Shown: positions 32,942 to 44,273 of the stretch, piece after piece
Layout: each line of letters starts with the position of its first letter
Numbering within the stretch: the first letter of the stretch is position 1
Virus record (IMG/VR): IMGVR_UViG_3300025093_000013
Span: 32,001-96,000 of that record
Strand: one strand, 5' to 3'
DNA from: a virus
DNA length: 64,000 bases
Program-made: the position numbers and the translations under genes
Notes under the pieces: generated by a model
Told to the model about the DNA's origin: nothing
Seen by the model: the letters and a program-made list of their open reading frames with translations, nothing else
Databases searched by the model: none

Positions 32942-34459
32942 ATGGCAGACCCTAATGACCCCACTGGACCTCTTGGAAGAGGTTTTGAAGAGTTCAAGCG
33001 TCAAAGTCTGGCTCTAGCTTCTGCTTTCAATGGGCTTACAGGCGTATTCGAGCTAGGCATTAGAAGTTTAGGCGTAGCTGGTGCGGAAATTTCTAAGGCT
33101 TTAGTTGAGGTTACTAAGGTTGACCAAAGACTAGCTGTAATCAACTCTGATCTAAATTCCGTTCTTGGAGGAAACACAGACGCTCTCGAAGGAACCACCG
33201 CAGGGTTAGAGAACGCAACAAGGGCACTTACAGAGTTAAGGATTGCGGGCTTTCAAGGAACAAACAAAAATCTAGTAGATCTCGCTACTAGACTCAAGCT
33301 ATCGGGCCAGAACACTGCTGCCTTGTTTTCTCTGTCTCAATCCTTACTTGGGATGGGCAACCTGACTGAAAAACAAATTGATAGCTTTGCCAAGAATGTC
33401 ATCGACCTATCCAAGAGCTTTGGTGTAACGGGTGACTCAATCATCGGAGCGGTAAACGAGCTATCCAACAATCTCAGTGTTCTAAACATTGGTGGCGGTG
33501 CAGAAGCAGCAGCTAACTTTACTGCAAGGTTGGCAGCCGTATTAGGTCCTGAAAACGCTAAACTAGCAGGGCAGTTTGCGAAGACCTTGACAGATGTAAA
33601 TACTGATCAAAACCAATTAGCGATCCTAGGTCTAGAGGGTTTAGCCAATAAACTGTTCCAAGGTATCGAGCCCTCTGCTGAAGAATTAAGAAGTAGCCTT
33701 GATAGAGCAAGAGAAGTTTCAAGAAGCATCGTAGGAGAGCAAGGGCAAACCACGCTTAGAAGTCTTCAGGCGGTCCAAGGTATTCTTGGTGACTTAGGCC
33801 CTGCATCCATCCTGATAGCTGACAAACTTGATGATGCAAGCTTCGCAGCAAAGAGCTTTGGAGACAAGATCTCGGAGTTGTTCGGAGTAGTAAAGCAAAA
33901 TCTTCTTGCACCTTTTAATCGAGCCATTGCTGAGTTACAACCATCCTTTGAGTATTTGATTAAAGGTCTAGCAGCCGCAGCGACATCATTCCTAAATTTG
34001 CTTGCAGCGTTTAATCCTTTGATTGCAGCCGTTGCGCGTGTTGTAGGATTCATTGGTAGAGTTGTTGGAGGAATCCTTAATGTATTTGGGGCCCTGGTGG
34101 CTACTGTTTCCAATATTTTTGGATTTGACGCAGGTTTAGGAGGCTACGGTAAAGTTCTTGATACTTTACTCGGTCTCAAGAATTCAAGCGAAGACAGCGC
34201 CAACTCATTAAAAGAGATTGGATTAGCCTCGAAGGAACAGAGAAGAAGAGAGCTTCTAAAGACTCCATCAGAAGAAGGTGGTCTCTCGTTTATAGAGAAG
34301 AGAAGACTGCAAGACTTAGACGCTCTGGTCAGAAGCGCAGAGGTTCCATTCTTAGCAGAGCTTCTCACAGTTAATAAGCAGCAGTTGATTGGTCAACGAG
34401 AGTTGATTGACGAGACGAAAAGAAAAGAAACGAAAGCAGTAGCTAGTAGGAGGAGATGA
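32942..34459 (+). CDS. Probable tape measure protein
   Basis: 505 aa, Ala/Leu/Gly-rich helical, hydrophobic C-terminal segment, directly before baseplate genes. Confidence 0.7.
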   Translation: MADPNDPTGPLGRGFEEFKRQSLALASAFNGLTGVFELGIRSLGVAGAEISKALVEVTKVDQRLAVINSDLNSVLGGNTDALEGTTAGLENATRALTELRIAGFQGTNKNLVDLATRLKLSGQNTAALFSLSQSLLGMGNLTEKQIDSFAKNVIDLSKSFGVTGDSIIGAVNELSNNLSVLNIGGGAEAAANFTARLAAVLGPENAKLAGQFAKTLTDVNTDQNQLAILGLEGLANKLFQGIEPSAEELRSSLDRAREVSRSIVGEQGQTTLRSLQAVQGILGDLGPASILIADKLDDASFAAKSFGDKISELFGVVKQNLLAPFNRAIAELQPSFEYLIKGLAAAATSFLNLLAAFNPLIAAVARVVGFIGRVVGGILNVFGALVATVSNIFGFDAGLGGYGKVLDTLLGLKNSSEDSANSLKEIGLASKEQRRRELLKTPSEEGGLSFIEKRRLQDLDALVRSAEVPFLAELLTVNKQQLIGQRELIDETKRKETKAVASRRR

Positions 34460-35355
34460 TGAAGGAAATAGTTGACAGGCAGTTAGAGAATAGATCTAAG
34501 TTTGTTTTCAGCTTTAACAAGCGAGACGGTAAGGCCCCCATTATCAGAACTTTACACTTTGCTGAGAACATTGATATAAAGGAGAGTGTGCAAACTAATT
34601 ACTCTGAGTATACTCCTTTGGGAAGCAACGGCTCTGTCTTTACATTCTTAGGAGCTAGGTCTAGATCATTCGATGTAAACTTCAATATTACTCTTCCTAA
34701 CATCATGATGTATACTTTGGTAAAGCCTCCTACGGAAACCAAAAAGTCTAGAGTGTCTAAGGCGGATTACTTTGAAAGAGACAATGTGGATAAGACCTCT
34801 AACTCCATCAAAAGCGTAGAGAGTATTCAGTCTAACATAGAGAAGTTTGCGAACGATTTTATCAACAATGTTCTTCTAAACGGTAACGATGTTCAAACCT
34901 ATGAAGAACTGCCTGCACCTTTAGCAAACGAAGTTAGCAGAGGCATAACAACGGGAGCGGGAGCAGACACCAGACTAACTGCTATACTAAAGTGCATGTA
35001 CTGGGTGAACTTGATTAGAAGTAGTGTGATGACAAGTTCTAAAAAGCCATCACTAGGTCCACCTATTGTTAGCATGGTTCATGGTATTCTTTACCAAAAT
35101 GTTCCATGCATTGTAACAGACTACTCAATATCTCACGACCCCGCTGGAGGTTACGACGAAGTAACCATGCTTCCTAGAATACTGAAATTTAGTATGAACC
35201 TAAGGGAGGTTAGACTTAGAGGGTTGGACTTCAACCCAACGACTCCTGAATCTTCTAAGATGATGCCAGGATGGGACTCATTCATTGAAGAGGGCTTTGC
35301 CACATTCGACCCCATGAATGCAGTACAAAACACCACGGATCAAGGTACTATATAA
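34456..35355 (+). CDS. Baseplate tail-tube initiator-like protein
   Basis: ES....YS.Y..LG....F.F.G..SR; PP.V...HG.LY..VPCIVTDYSI; position after tape measure. Confidence 0.65.
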   Translation: MMKEIVDRQLENRSKFVFSFNKRDGKAPIIRTLHFAENIDIKESVQTNYSEYTPLGSNGSVFTFLGARSRSFDVNFNITLPNIMMYTLVKPPTETKKSRVSKADYFERDNVDKTSNSIKSVESIQSNIEKFANDFINNVLLNGNDVQTYEELPAPLANEVSRGITTGAGADTRLTAILKCMYWVNLIRSSVMTSSKKPSLGPPIVSMVHGILYQNVPCIVTDYSISHDPAGGYDEVTMLPRILKFSMNLREVRLRGLDFNPTTPESSKMMPGWDSFIEEGFATFDPMNAVQNTTDQGTI

Positions 35356-35642
35356 TGGCTCAAACAAGATACAATGAGGGTGTGATTACCGTGTCTCACA
35401 AAGGTAAAGATATTACTACCTCTGTGGGATCTCAAATGGACGATTTCATTTCGACCATGGATACTCGCTATACTTATCAGATCGGTAAGATACCTGCTGA
35501 ACACGATGTAAGGCCAGACTTAACATCATTTGTCTTCTATGATACTGTATCAAGGTGGTGGTTGATGCTACAGTTCAACAACATAAATGACCCTTTCGAA
35601 GGATACACCGCAGGTAAGTTTATAAAGATACCTAACTTATAA
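35355..35642 (+). CDS. Baseplate wedge LysM-like protein (gp53-like)
   Basis: RPDL.S..FY.....WW....FNNI.DPF......IKIP. Confidence 0.8.
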   Translation: MAQTRYNEGVITVSHKGKDITTSVGSQMDDFISTMDTRYTYQIGKIPAEHDVRPDLTSFVFYDTVSRWWLMLQFNNINDPFEGYTAGKFIKIPNL

Positions 35643-38278
35643 TGCAAGGTCTAGGAAGAAGAGATAGATTACCTATAGGGCCTCGATTTGATGAAGTCGA
35701 GAGCCCTCAAATCATTATATCTGGTAGAGACCCCGAAGGAGATCGCCTTCCAAATGAGGAAGATATTATTCTTTCCACTCAAGATGGAACTTTAATATCT
35801 TACACCGAGGGTTGGGATGGAAAACAAACAGAGGTAACTATAGAGCTTCTTGATCCTGATGGGATTTTCATATCTAAAATATTTTCATTTTACATTGATA
35901 ACCTGAGAGCTTACTTTCAGAACTTTTCTTCAGTGGAGAGGAGCACGGCTAGAGATAAGCAGATAGTCCACCTTTTTAGAAAAGAGTATGCAATCAATCA
36001 ACGAACCTTAAGTGAAAAACGATCAATTGGTACTTTAAGAAGTGCTGATGTTCCTTTTACCATATTGGAAGATGAGGATTTTGCCGCTTCAGCGTTTAAT
36101 GCGGCCCTGTCTAAATTAGAAAAAAATTATATAAATCAGGGTGACACGATGACTGTTTTTCCAACCGACCCTACCGTTACTAAACTTCAAGAAGCCTTGG
36201 ATACAGTCGGACTTAACCCAGAAATGTTTATCAATGTTGGCTATGGTCATGAGAGTGGTAAGAACTACTCTGGATTCAAAAAGCTAACAATGAAAAATAT
36301 TGTTCTGAACCAAGATAGTAACAGAGAGCATACCTTAGCTATCAAGTTTGTTCCTAACTTGCACGCGGAATCTGCTTCAGATAATGACGAGCCTATAGTT
36401 AGAACCGATAGTGAAAAGGGAACAGATCATGTATTCCCAACTTCTACAGATAAGAATGAAGCTCCAATTCTTCTAAAAGCTAGGTACACTAACGATGGTA
36501 GTGTTATAGGTTTCACTAGAGATCTATCATCTACTTTAACATCTAAAAGACCTAAAGAGGTTTTTGTAAATAATACAGCCAATATAGTTTTCTTGATAGA
36601 AGATCTTTTGGAGAGGTATTTGATTGATAATCAGGGCAATAGAAGTGTAGTCATGTTAAGCCCAGCTATGGAGTTGGCAATAAAAAAGCAAACTGAGTTA
36701 GCAAGTTTAGACCCTACTGCATCGGTTGCCCTCCACAATCTAAGTGTGAAATTAGCTAAGTGTGGAATTAGAGTAAAGGTTTCTCAAGAAGAGGTTCGGG
36801 CTAGAGGTTATGTTAATAATCCAGAGCTTCTAAGAAGAAGAGGATCAAGAAGAGAAGATCTAATAAATGTTAATCTAGAAGGCTTAGAAGATAATACTAT
36901 TGATATAATAAAAACAGTTGATTACAGCTACTCACTATTCTTAGAAGTTAATGAGAATGAAAGTAGAAAAGATAGGGTCGAGGATGTTATAAGACTTTTA
37001 TACAAAGAGTTTCAAGTATATCCTAACGACATATCTTCTCGGGATGTAAAAAACTCTGGTCAAGTCAGAGCTATTTTTGATCAGCTTTATACAAAAAAGA
37101 GAGAACTAGAAGCAACTTCAAGCGAGCAAATATTGGAGGCGCTTGCACCCGCAGACCCTAACAGTGAATTAGGTAAAGTAGAGGCAGCAGCAACAGTATA
37201 CATAAAAAAAGGTCTTAACAATAGCTATAGAGAGCTAAATAAGCCTTTTGAAAAGTTAGGTAATGTTCTTGTAATCGGTGATGACTACATCATAAAAGGA
37301 TTGATGTTCCCCAAGGACATAGCATTTACTAGAGGTGAGTACGAACAGTATTCTAATTACATAAAATCGAACCTAGGATTTCTTAGCAACGAGACTATCT
37401 TTACTAATCTAAACTGTAATGCGGTTAGATTTATAGAGGGGTCCAGAGGACAAGGGCTGTCAAAGTATTTAGAAAGATGGACCGCTTCTCAATCAAGTGT
37501 AGCACATCAAGAAATACTTATACCTGATGAATACGCATTAAGATTCTTGCCTAATCAATTAGAAACTATACTTAGAACTACCCTCTTGTTCATAGCAGGC
37601 TCTGAAAATTCAAATGTCATAGAGGTAACTTCTGAGGAGAATAACTTTGCTTTTGCGGAGTACCAAAGCTTCTTTAGTATAGGTAATAAGAAAGGTATTA
37701 AGAGTGCTAGAGAGTTTTTCTCTTACGACTACAACAAAGCAAATTATTTATATAACCTTTCCGACGCCCAGATTGAACAAATAGTAGGAAATGTCATGAG
37801 AGGTATTTACGGGGATACCTCTCTCATGAGGGTTCTAGAAGAGATAAACCAACGGCCTGTAGATGAAACACAAGCAGCACAAGACTTGAAAGACATGTAT
37901 AGGACTATAATAAATGAGATTAAAGATTCTGCTCAAGTAAAAAATAAAAATATAGATCCTAAAGCCTTAACGAACTACTTACTCTACACTCAAAGTCTCG
38001 CTCAGAACGCAAGAAAGCTTGTCATAAAAACAAGCCCTTCGTTCTTCATAGATGAGACCACAATAAAAGATCCAGTCATATTCTTTCATAAGAACCCTTT
38101 CATCACTAGCTCTCAAAGCCGCATCTCTGCCTTGAGTATTCTAAATGGCCTATACCAGATAATCGGATACAAGCATGTTATAAATGGATCTGAGTGTTAC
38201 ACTGAAGTAGTTTTACTAAGAAATCAACTAGCGGAGACCTTTGCAATATCCTCCAACATAACTGACATAGAAGGGTGA
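35642..38278 (+). CDS. Probable baseplate hub (gp27-like)
   Basis: Position; C-terminal NGLYQI.GYKHVI....YTEV.L.R. Confidence 0.55.
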   Translation: MQGLGRRDRLPIGPRFDEVESPQIIISGRDPEGDRLPNEEDIILSTQDGTLISYTEGWDGKQTEVTIELLDPDGIFISKIFSFYIDNLRAYFQNFSSVERSTARDKQIVHLFRKEYAINQRTLSEKRSIGTLRSADVPFTILEDEDFAASAFNAALSKLEKNYINQGDTMTVFPTDPTVTKLQEALDTVGLNPEMFINVGYGHESGKNYSGFKKLTMKNIVLNQDSNREHTLAIKFVPNLHAESASDNDEPIVRTDSEKGTDHVFPTSTDKNEAPILLKARYTNDGSVIGFTRDLSSTLTSKRPKEVFVNNTANIVFLIEDLLERYLIDNQGNRSVVMLSPAMELAIKKQTELASLDPTASVALHNLSVKLAKCGIRVKVSQEEVRARGYVNNPELLRRRGSRREDLINVNLEGLEDNTIDIIKTVDYSYSLFLEVNENESRKDRVEDVIRLLYKEFQVYPNDISSRDVKNSGQVRAIFDQLYTKKRELEATSSEQILEALAPADPNSELGKVEAAATVYIKKGLNNSYRELNKPFEKLGNVLVIGDDYIIKGLMFPKDIAFTRGEYEQYSNYIKSNLGFLSNETIFTNLNCNAVRFIEGSRGQGLSKYLERWTASQSSVAHQEILIPDEYALRFLPNQLETILRTTLLFIAGSENSNVIEVTSEENNFAFAEYQSFFSIGNKKGIKSAREFFSYDYNKANYLYNLSDAQIEQIVGNVMRGIYGDTSLMRVLEEINQRPVDETQAAQDLKDMYRTIINEIKDSAQVKNKNIDPKALTNYLLYTQSLAQNARKLVIKTSPSFFIDETTIKDPVIFFHKNPFITSSQSRISALSILNGLYQIIGYKHVINGSECYTEVVLLRNQLAETFAISSNITDIEG

Positions 38279-38279
38279 C

Positions 38280-39410
38280 ATGAAATTACTAACAGCAATA
38301 GTTACAAGTGTGTTCGATCCTCTCGATCCTACAATGATTCACTGTTCAATCATTGGAAGTGACGAGGACGGGTCTTTCTCTGAACCTGTGCTGTATACTT
38401 CTCCCTGCAATCGAAGTCAGTATCTTGAAGCAGGGGGAGCAGGGCTTACGGCCTATCCTAGTAGAGGGGATCTTGTTCTAATCGCTAAGGCCGACAACGA
38501 CTCGTCTTACTTCTATATGTCAACGGTAACTGGCGCTACCCCAGAGGACCTAGAGAAGGGTATCAGAAATTATCCCTCAGACAAAAACATAGCAACCCTA
38601 GACACTAACAAAAAGTCCCTGTCGCTCCGAGATAATGTTGGAGGTGTTGTTGAGTTCGTAGACAAGTCCAATAATACTTCTAGAAGATCCTATGTCAAAA
38701 TCTCTGATGGCCCTGATAACATAACTCTTAACAGGCAGTACCAGAACGAGTCGATTCACCTTAGAACAAGGGGTGGAGATACTCAGATCAGAATGAACGG
38801 GCCTAGGAAGTTCTCTGGAGTAGATCATGGCCCAGGTTCGCTATTAGTTCAAGGTGAGCGTAATACTGTTCTGAAAAGTAAGAAAGGCAATGTAAGGGTG
38901 GAGGCTGCGGCTGAAGCTAGATCAATCATGATCAAGAACAACGCTCAGTTTATTGGTATGAATGTCTCCAATGCCACTGACCCTTTCTCTGGGCAGATTA
39001 CTATGGAGTCGCTGTACAATCAGATTTGTCTTAGAACATATGGGTATGGCCCATTTGCAAGTCCCTTTAACGGCATCTTCTTGCAGTCAGGTATAACACC
39101 CGTTGTTGCTGTAACAGACCCTTCCGTATCTCCTACAGGTGGAGCAGTTCAAGCCCATGGAGGACACATTGCACAAATGATCGCAGGTGGCCCTCTGTAC
39201 GCTGGAGTAAGGTGTACGGGAGAACTAGCACCAGAAAGCCCAGGGGTAGCAGCGGTAGACATACAAGCACCTATAATTAACCTTACCGCAGCAACAGCTA
39301 TAAATATTAATGCGCCTCTAGTTAACTTCCAAAATGGCGTAACTGGTCTTCCTATTGTACCAAGACCCACAAACCTAGACGCACAACCACCAGTACCAGG
39401 AGCAGGCTAA
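38280..39410 (+). CDS. Probable baseplate central spike (gp5/VgrG OB-fold-like)
   Basis: V.SVFDP, YPSRGD.VL N-terminal OB-fold; C-terminal I.I.AP.INL beta repeats. Confidence 0.6.
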   Translation: MKLLTAIVTSVFDPLDPTMIHCSIIGSDEDGSFSEPVLYTSPCNRSQYLEAGGAGLTAYPSRGDLVLIAKADNDSSYFYMSTVTGATPEDLEKGIRNYPSDKNIATLDTNKKSLSLRDNVGGVVEFVDKSNNTSRRSYVKISDGPDNITLNRQYQNESIHLRTRGGDTQIRMNGPRKFSGVDHGPGSLLVQGERNTVLKSKKGNVRVEAAAEARSIMIKNNAQFIGMNVSNATDPFSGQITMESLYNQICLRTYGYGPFASPFNGIFLQSGITPVVAVTDPSVSPTGGAVQAHGGHIAQMIAGGPLYAGVRCTGELAPESPGVAAVDIQAPIINLTAATAININAPLVNFQNGVTGLPIVPRPTNLDAQPPVPGAG

Positions 39411-39411
39411 G

Positions 39412-42249
39412 ATGGCATCAAACCCTAATATATTCGGAGAAAGCTTCCCCGTAGGCTCAAACTCTATCCCAACCTTCGGAGTACCAGCATGTATGCTAGA
39501 GCTAGGTCTTGAAGCCTTAAGCCTCCTACCAGGGGATGCCCTAGCGACCATAGCTTTGAGTATGAACGAAGGCGTCTTAGCTGCTAGATCAGTTATTGCC
39601 GATATCAAAGCTGAGATCCTTGAGTTCCTCGGTCTTGCTCAAGATGAGATAGACGGTCTATCCTTCTTCAAGATTGACGCTGGCTGGGCAGCGTTGGGTA
39701 ACGCGATAGGAGCGGTTGCAGGAGCTTTGTCATTCCTAGACGAAATCGCTAGTACCGCACAAGCTATAGGTCAAGACATTGAAGCAATCAAGGATTGCCT
39801 TAGTGACTACGAAACTCATCTCCAAAGACAAAGAGGCAGCGATGCTGCTTTAGCTCCTACCGAAGCACAGTTGGCAATCTACCAAAGCCAAATCGATTCA
39901 GCCGAACAATTCATCGATGATGCCGTGGTTGTTTTAGGACAAATATCAGAGATCCTAGCTGGTAGAGCAGCGGGAACTTTGGTCGATCCCACAACCCTAA
40001 CAGATACCATAGAAGAAGAGGACGAAATCTTCAGATTAACCTTCGGCCCTCCAAAGTCCACCAAAGGAACTTTCCTTCTGTCCGTTGATGGTCTTTACTA
40101 CGACTCACAAAACAGAACTTACGCAGCGTCTGGAAACATTCCAACTCTAGAGGACCTCCCTTTCATTGCAGATTCCTCAAAGTGGAAGATGGACCATTCT
40201 CCTAACCTAGGAGGTAAAGGAACCCAGATAACTCTGAATGATCTTGACAGGTATGTTGACACAATACTTGATGTGGAGAAGATAGATGAAGCAGACTATC
40301 TTCAAAACTATTACACCAAGGATCACTTACTAGAAGTTCTTGAGGGTCAGAAGAACCTCGTTGTAAGTGAGTTAGACGCTCAAAGGAAGGATATACTGAA
40401 TACTTACGCGACTAGCTCCGCTGTGTATATTAACATGCAACAGCAAATCTTCTCAGAGATCGAGCTATTCGATACCAAGATTCGCAGAAGAAAGAAGCAG
40501 ATTGAGCTTGCCGTCAAGGCACCTGATCTTTTCGGTGTAGAGGTGTCGTTCAAGCCTGGAGAGATCCCAATCAACGACTTCAGCTACCTTAGCGACATAC
40601 ACCTCAACATTGCCCTTGAGAAGCAGCGTAAGCTCGTTCTAGACCAGGGAGACATTAGCGGTGTAGTTCTACCCTTCAAGCCTGTATTTGCGGGAGGCGG
40701 CTCTATGGGCAACAATGTGGCTATCGCACCACTAGAGGTAAACAAGAATATTATCGGCGCTCTAGCAAGTGTTGGTGAATACTCTGATTCTACTCCCACT
40801 ATTGCTCCTGTTCTAACTGTGAACGATCCTATCGTGACAGAGGATTTGGTTGCGGTATATAACTTCTTAGAAACAGATGTCGAGGACACAGGGTCTACAA
40901 CTTATAATGTAGCTAACTGCACTGGAGATTCTCGTCAAGACATGCAGCTAGTGGCTAAGACTAAATCGGCTGCATTCCCTAAGGGTCTTGCTATCCCTAG
41001 ATTTAGCGGTATTGTAAAGTTTGCTGGGGATGATAACTCATTCTTGAGAAGGGAGGAGCATGGAACTTATGGAAGGCTGCCTGCCACAAACGAGATGCAA
41101 AACCTTCTGTACAACCCTAGTGGGTGTGCCTTTGATTTCTGGCTGCACATGCCTAACTTTACTTCAGGTAACAACGACTTTGAGGTAAAGGTATTTGACC
41201 AAGGTTTAGATGCATCCTCTGAGATAAGCTCCCTAAACCTATCTCAGCCCAACGCTTCTTGGACAGACTTCAATTTCTACAAGGCGATCATCTCCAATGA
41301 AAATACAGGTGGTCCAACGGTAGGTAACTCAAGTAGCGTAGTAAACGATTTTACTACAGATCATGTGAGAAGCTTGTTCATAGGGTTTACTAGAGACCCT
41401 GCGTTTACAGTGAGTGCTATTGATGAGAACTCTGATGGTAAATTCACGGGGGCGGATTCTTACCCAGGACTGGCTGGGACACTAAACCCAGTTCAAAGCT
41501 ATTCTAGTCTGGACGCCTCTGACACGGTAAACGCCACCTCAGCCACTTATTTCATAGTTGCTCCTATGCAATCATTTAGTAAGGATGGGTGTTCTTTCAT
41601 TAGAAGAGATAATTGCGCTCCAGACGAGTCTATGTTTAGAGGTTTAGCAATTCCCATCGATAGATCTGTAGAAGGAGATAGCATAGCTGATTGCTCGTCT
41701 ACTTTTGTTCATATGAACATAAGTTTTGATTTTAGCAAGGACCTCTTGACAGTTTTCTTAAACGGAAAAAGCCTTTACACAATAAGCATTTCTTCTGAGT
41801 TTGGTATTGATAAGTACAAGACTTTGGGTATACCTACCTTCAAGAAGTTGGGTAGTAATCCTAGTTTTGATTACCCAGGGGTCATACCTCAATCAGAAAG
41901 TGAGGATTTCCTACAAGGTCCTAAGAATGATCCTTTCTTTACTCCCTGGATGGTTGGAGGTGGCTGGACCGATGGTATTAACCTAACTGTCGAGGCAAAC
42001 AAGGGCGCTAATAGTAAAACAGGCGACCTTAATAAGTATGGAACAGATGCCTCAGAGGTAGCTGGAACAGGCTTTATATCAGACCTTTCCAGTGTTCAAG
42101 GTGGGTTTACAGGCCCCTCAAACGGACTTCAAAGTGGCTTGGGGGGTCACCTTGGAAGTTTGAAAATTTACTCTAAACCCCTATCTATTAGTGAGGCTTT
42201 GAAGAACTACAACGCTCACAAAACCTTTTTCTCCAACATTGAGGTCTAA
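39412..42249 (+). CDS. Large baseplate-associated protein with C-terminal LamG-like domain
   Basis: FDFWLH, FVHMNI, VFLNG, GHLGSLKIYSKPLS..E..KNY. Confidence 0.65.
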   Translation: MASNPNIFGESFPVGSNSIPTFGVPACMLELGLEALSLLPGDALATIALSMNEGVLAARSVIADIKAEILEFLGLAQDEIDGLSFFKIDAGWAALGNAIGAVAGALSFLDEIASTAQAIGQDIEAIKDCLSDYETHLQRQRGSDAALAPTEAQLAIYQSQIDSAEQFIDDAVVVLGQISEILAGRAAGTLVDPTTLTDTIEEEDEIFRLTFGPPKSTKGTFLLSVDGLYYDSQNRTYAASGNIPTLEDLPFIADSSKWKMDHSPNLGGKGTQITLNDLDRYVDTILDVEKIDEADYLQNYYTKDHLLEVLEGQKNLVVSELDAQRKDILNTYATSSAVYINMQQQIFSEIELFDTKIRRRKKQIELAVKAPDLFGVEVSFKPGEIPINDFSYLSDIHLNIALEKQRKLVLDQGDISGVVLPFKPVFAGGGSMGNNVAIAPLEVNKNIIGALASVGEYSDSTPTIAPVLTVNDPIVTEDLVAVYNFLETDVEDTGSTTYNVANCTGDSRQDMQLVAKTKSAAFPKGLAIPRFSGIVKFAGDDNSFLRREEHGTYGRLPATNEMQNLLYNPSGCAFDFWLHMPNFTSGNNDFEVKVFDQGLDASSEISSLNLSQPNASWTDFNFYKAIISNENTGGPTVGNSSSVVNDFTTDHVRSLFIGFTRDPAFTVSAIDENSDGKFTGADSYPGLAGTLNPVQSYSSLDASDTVNATSATYFIVAPMQSFSKDGCSFIRRDNCAPDESMFRGLAIPIDRSVEGDSIADCSSTFVHMNISFDFSKDLLTVFLNGKSLYTISISSEFGIDKYKTLGIPTFKKLGSNPSFDYPGVIPQSESEDFLQGPKNDPFFTPWMVGGGWTDGINLTVEANKGANSKTGDLNKYGTDASEVAGTGFISDLSSVQGGFTGPSNGLQSGLGGHLGSLKIYSKPLSISEALKNYNAHKTFFSNIEV

Positions 42250-42690
42250 ATGGCAAGCATAGTATATGGACTAACACCAACTAAGCAGACTGTAAAAAGT
42301 ATAACACAGCCTGTGGATGATTCCATATATGGGCTAAGATTTCCTCTTGGAAAGGGGGATATCCTTTTTCAAAAGTCTTCAAGAAGGGAATTACTAAAGG
42401 GTCAAGTAACTCAGCTTTTATTCACTAGCCCAGGCGAGAGGGTGTTCTTACCTAATTTTGGTGTTGATCTAAGATCCTATGTATTTGAGCAGCTAGATGA
42501 TTCATTAATAGCTAATTTACAGGCCCAGATTAGCAATCAGATAAGGCTGTATATCCCCAACGCTGAGTTAGTTTCTATTAATGTTAGGACTGATGATGGG
42601 CATTACTCAGGTATCCCAACTCTGGTGGTCTACCTGAGTGTAAAAGAAAAAGAAACCAATGAGATCATACCTCTGGAGTTTGCGACATGA
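42250..42690 (+). CDS. gp25: Baseplate wedge subunit (gp25-like)
   Basis: LLFTSPGERVFLPNFGVDL..YVFE, I..YIP. Confidence 0.92.
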   Translation: MASIVYGLTPTKQTVKSITQPVDDSIYGLRFPLGKGDILFQKSSRRELLKGQVTQLLFTSPGERVFLPNFGVDLRSYVFEQLDDSLIANLQAQISNQIRLYIPNAELVSINVRTDDGHYSGIPTLVVYLSVKEKETNEIIPLEFAT

Positions 42691-44273
42691 CCGACAATAT
42701 ACCATACACAACGGCTGCATCGGACTTCATGAAGTCTATTGTATTCAAAGAGGATGAGAAAACCTCTTTGATTGATTTCACAGCTACAGACTTCATAACT
42801 CTTAGAAATAGACTAATTGAGTACATCAAGGCTGTTTACCCTCTAGATTATGATTTATTTGCTGAGTCTGATTTAGGCATGATGTTTGTCGAGCTTATTG
42901 CTTACATGGGCTCCGTCATGTCAATGAAGACAGACATGATAGCACATGAGATGTTCCTGAAGACTGTAAAGTCTCCTGCAAACCTAAGAAAGATATTTGA
43001 AATAATCGGAGTTAGATTAAGAGGCCCAGGAGCAGCATCGGCTAAAACAAGGCTAACTGCCGATGCAACAATTGGTGACTCCGAGTTTACTGTCCCTGCT
43101 GCATCTAGGGTATTTCAAGCTAACTCTACTCTAGATGGTCAGCCCGTGAATTACACTTTGTACTCCACCACAAACGGGTTTATTGATAATCCAACTAATA
43201 CTGCGGACCTGACCTTTTACAAGACTGATTCAGAGGGAGATCTAGGCAATGAGTGGAACAACGCTGTTCTTGTAGAGGGTTCTCTAGCTGTAGATACGGG
43301 AATCTTCTCCGATGTGGATGTTCTTAAGGAAATAACCCTAGCTAATAGCCCCGTTGTTGACGGAAGTATTCAAGTCTTCCTTTCAAACGCGGGCGATGCA
43401 AGCGGGGTTTACAAAGAAGTAAACTCATTACTATCAACATCTTCTTCAGACTTGAAGGTGTTCCAAACTGTCTACACTGATGATTTCCAAGCCACTTTAC
43501 AGTTTGGGGATGGCGTCACGGGCGTCCTTCCTCCTAATAATTCAAGCTACATCATAACCTACAGAGTGGGTGGGGGTCAAAGAGGTAACGGGCCTACCAA
43601 CGCTGTTAACGGTAATTTTACCACTCAGGAAGGGTCTGGAGTTTCTCTGACTAACACCAATCCTTTTACAGGAGGAACAGAGGCCGAGACAATAGATCAT
43701 GCAAAGAAATATGCAAAGCTAGTTTACAGACAACAAGACAGATTAGTGTCCTTGGATGATTATGTGACCTTCGCTAACATCTACAGAGATACGCAAGGGC
43801 AAAGGGTAAAGGCAACTGCAACGACAAGAAAAGCCTTTAGCTCTGCTAATGTAATTGATGTGTATCTTCTACAAAGAGCTTCACCTACTCAACTACAAAA
43901 AGCCTCTCTTTCCTTTAAGCAAGCCATGCTCGAAGCCATGGAGAACAAAAAGATGATGACAGATGAGATTGTTCTAGTAGACGGTCTTATTAGGACAGTT
44001 GATCTTGATGTTAGAATAACCATGGATGAAAGATTTGAGCCTAATGAGACTGATATAAAATCAAGAGTAGCCAGAGCTATTAACGGATACTTTAATGTAG
44101 ATAAAAGAGACTTTGGGGAAGACTTCTTACCTTCAGATGTTTCAAGAGAAATATTCACCTCGGTTGATGAGGTCCGTATTGCTGAGATAACTAATTTCAA
44201 TGAAAAAGTTTCCCTGGATATCAATGAAATTATTCAGCTAAACAACTTTACAATAACTGTCAACTATGTCTAG
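42687..44273 (+). CDS. gp6: Baseplate wedge subunit (gp6 / baseplate J-like)
   Basis: DF..LR..L, FVELIAY, FGDG..G..P, YRVGGG..GN, GG..AET, QDRLVSLDDY. Confidence 0.92.
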   Translation: MTDNIPYTTAASDFMKSIVFKEDEKTSLIDFTATDFITLRNRLIEYIKAVYPLDYDLFAESDLGMMFVELIAYMGSVMSMKTDMIAHEMFLKTVKSPANLRKIFEIIGVRLRGPGAASAKTRLTADATIGDSEFTVPAASRVFQANSTLDGQPVNYTLYSTTNGFIDNPTNTADLTFYKTDSEGDLGNEWNNAVLVEGSLAVDTGIFSDVDVLKEITLANSPVVDGSIQVFLSNAGDASGVYKEVNSLLSTSSSDLKVFQTVYTDDFQATLQFGDGVTGVLPPNNSSYIITYRVGGGQRGNGPTNAVNGNFTTQEGSGVSLTNTNPFTGGTEAETIDHAKKYAKLVYRQQDRLVSLDDYVTFANIYRDTQGQRVKATATTRKAFSSANVIDVYLLQRASPTQLQKASLSFKQAMLEAMENKKMMTDEIVLVDGLIRTVDLDVRITMDERFEPNETDIKSRVARAINGYFNVDKRDFGEDFLPSDVSREIFTSVDEVRIAEITNFNEKVSLDINEIIQLNNFTITVNYV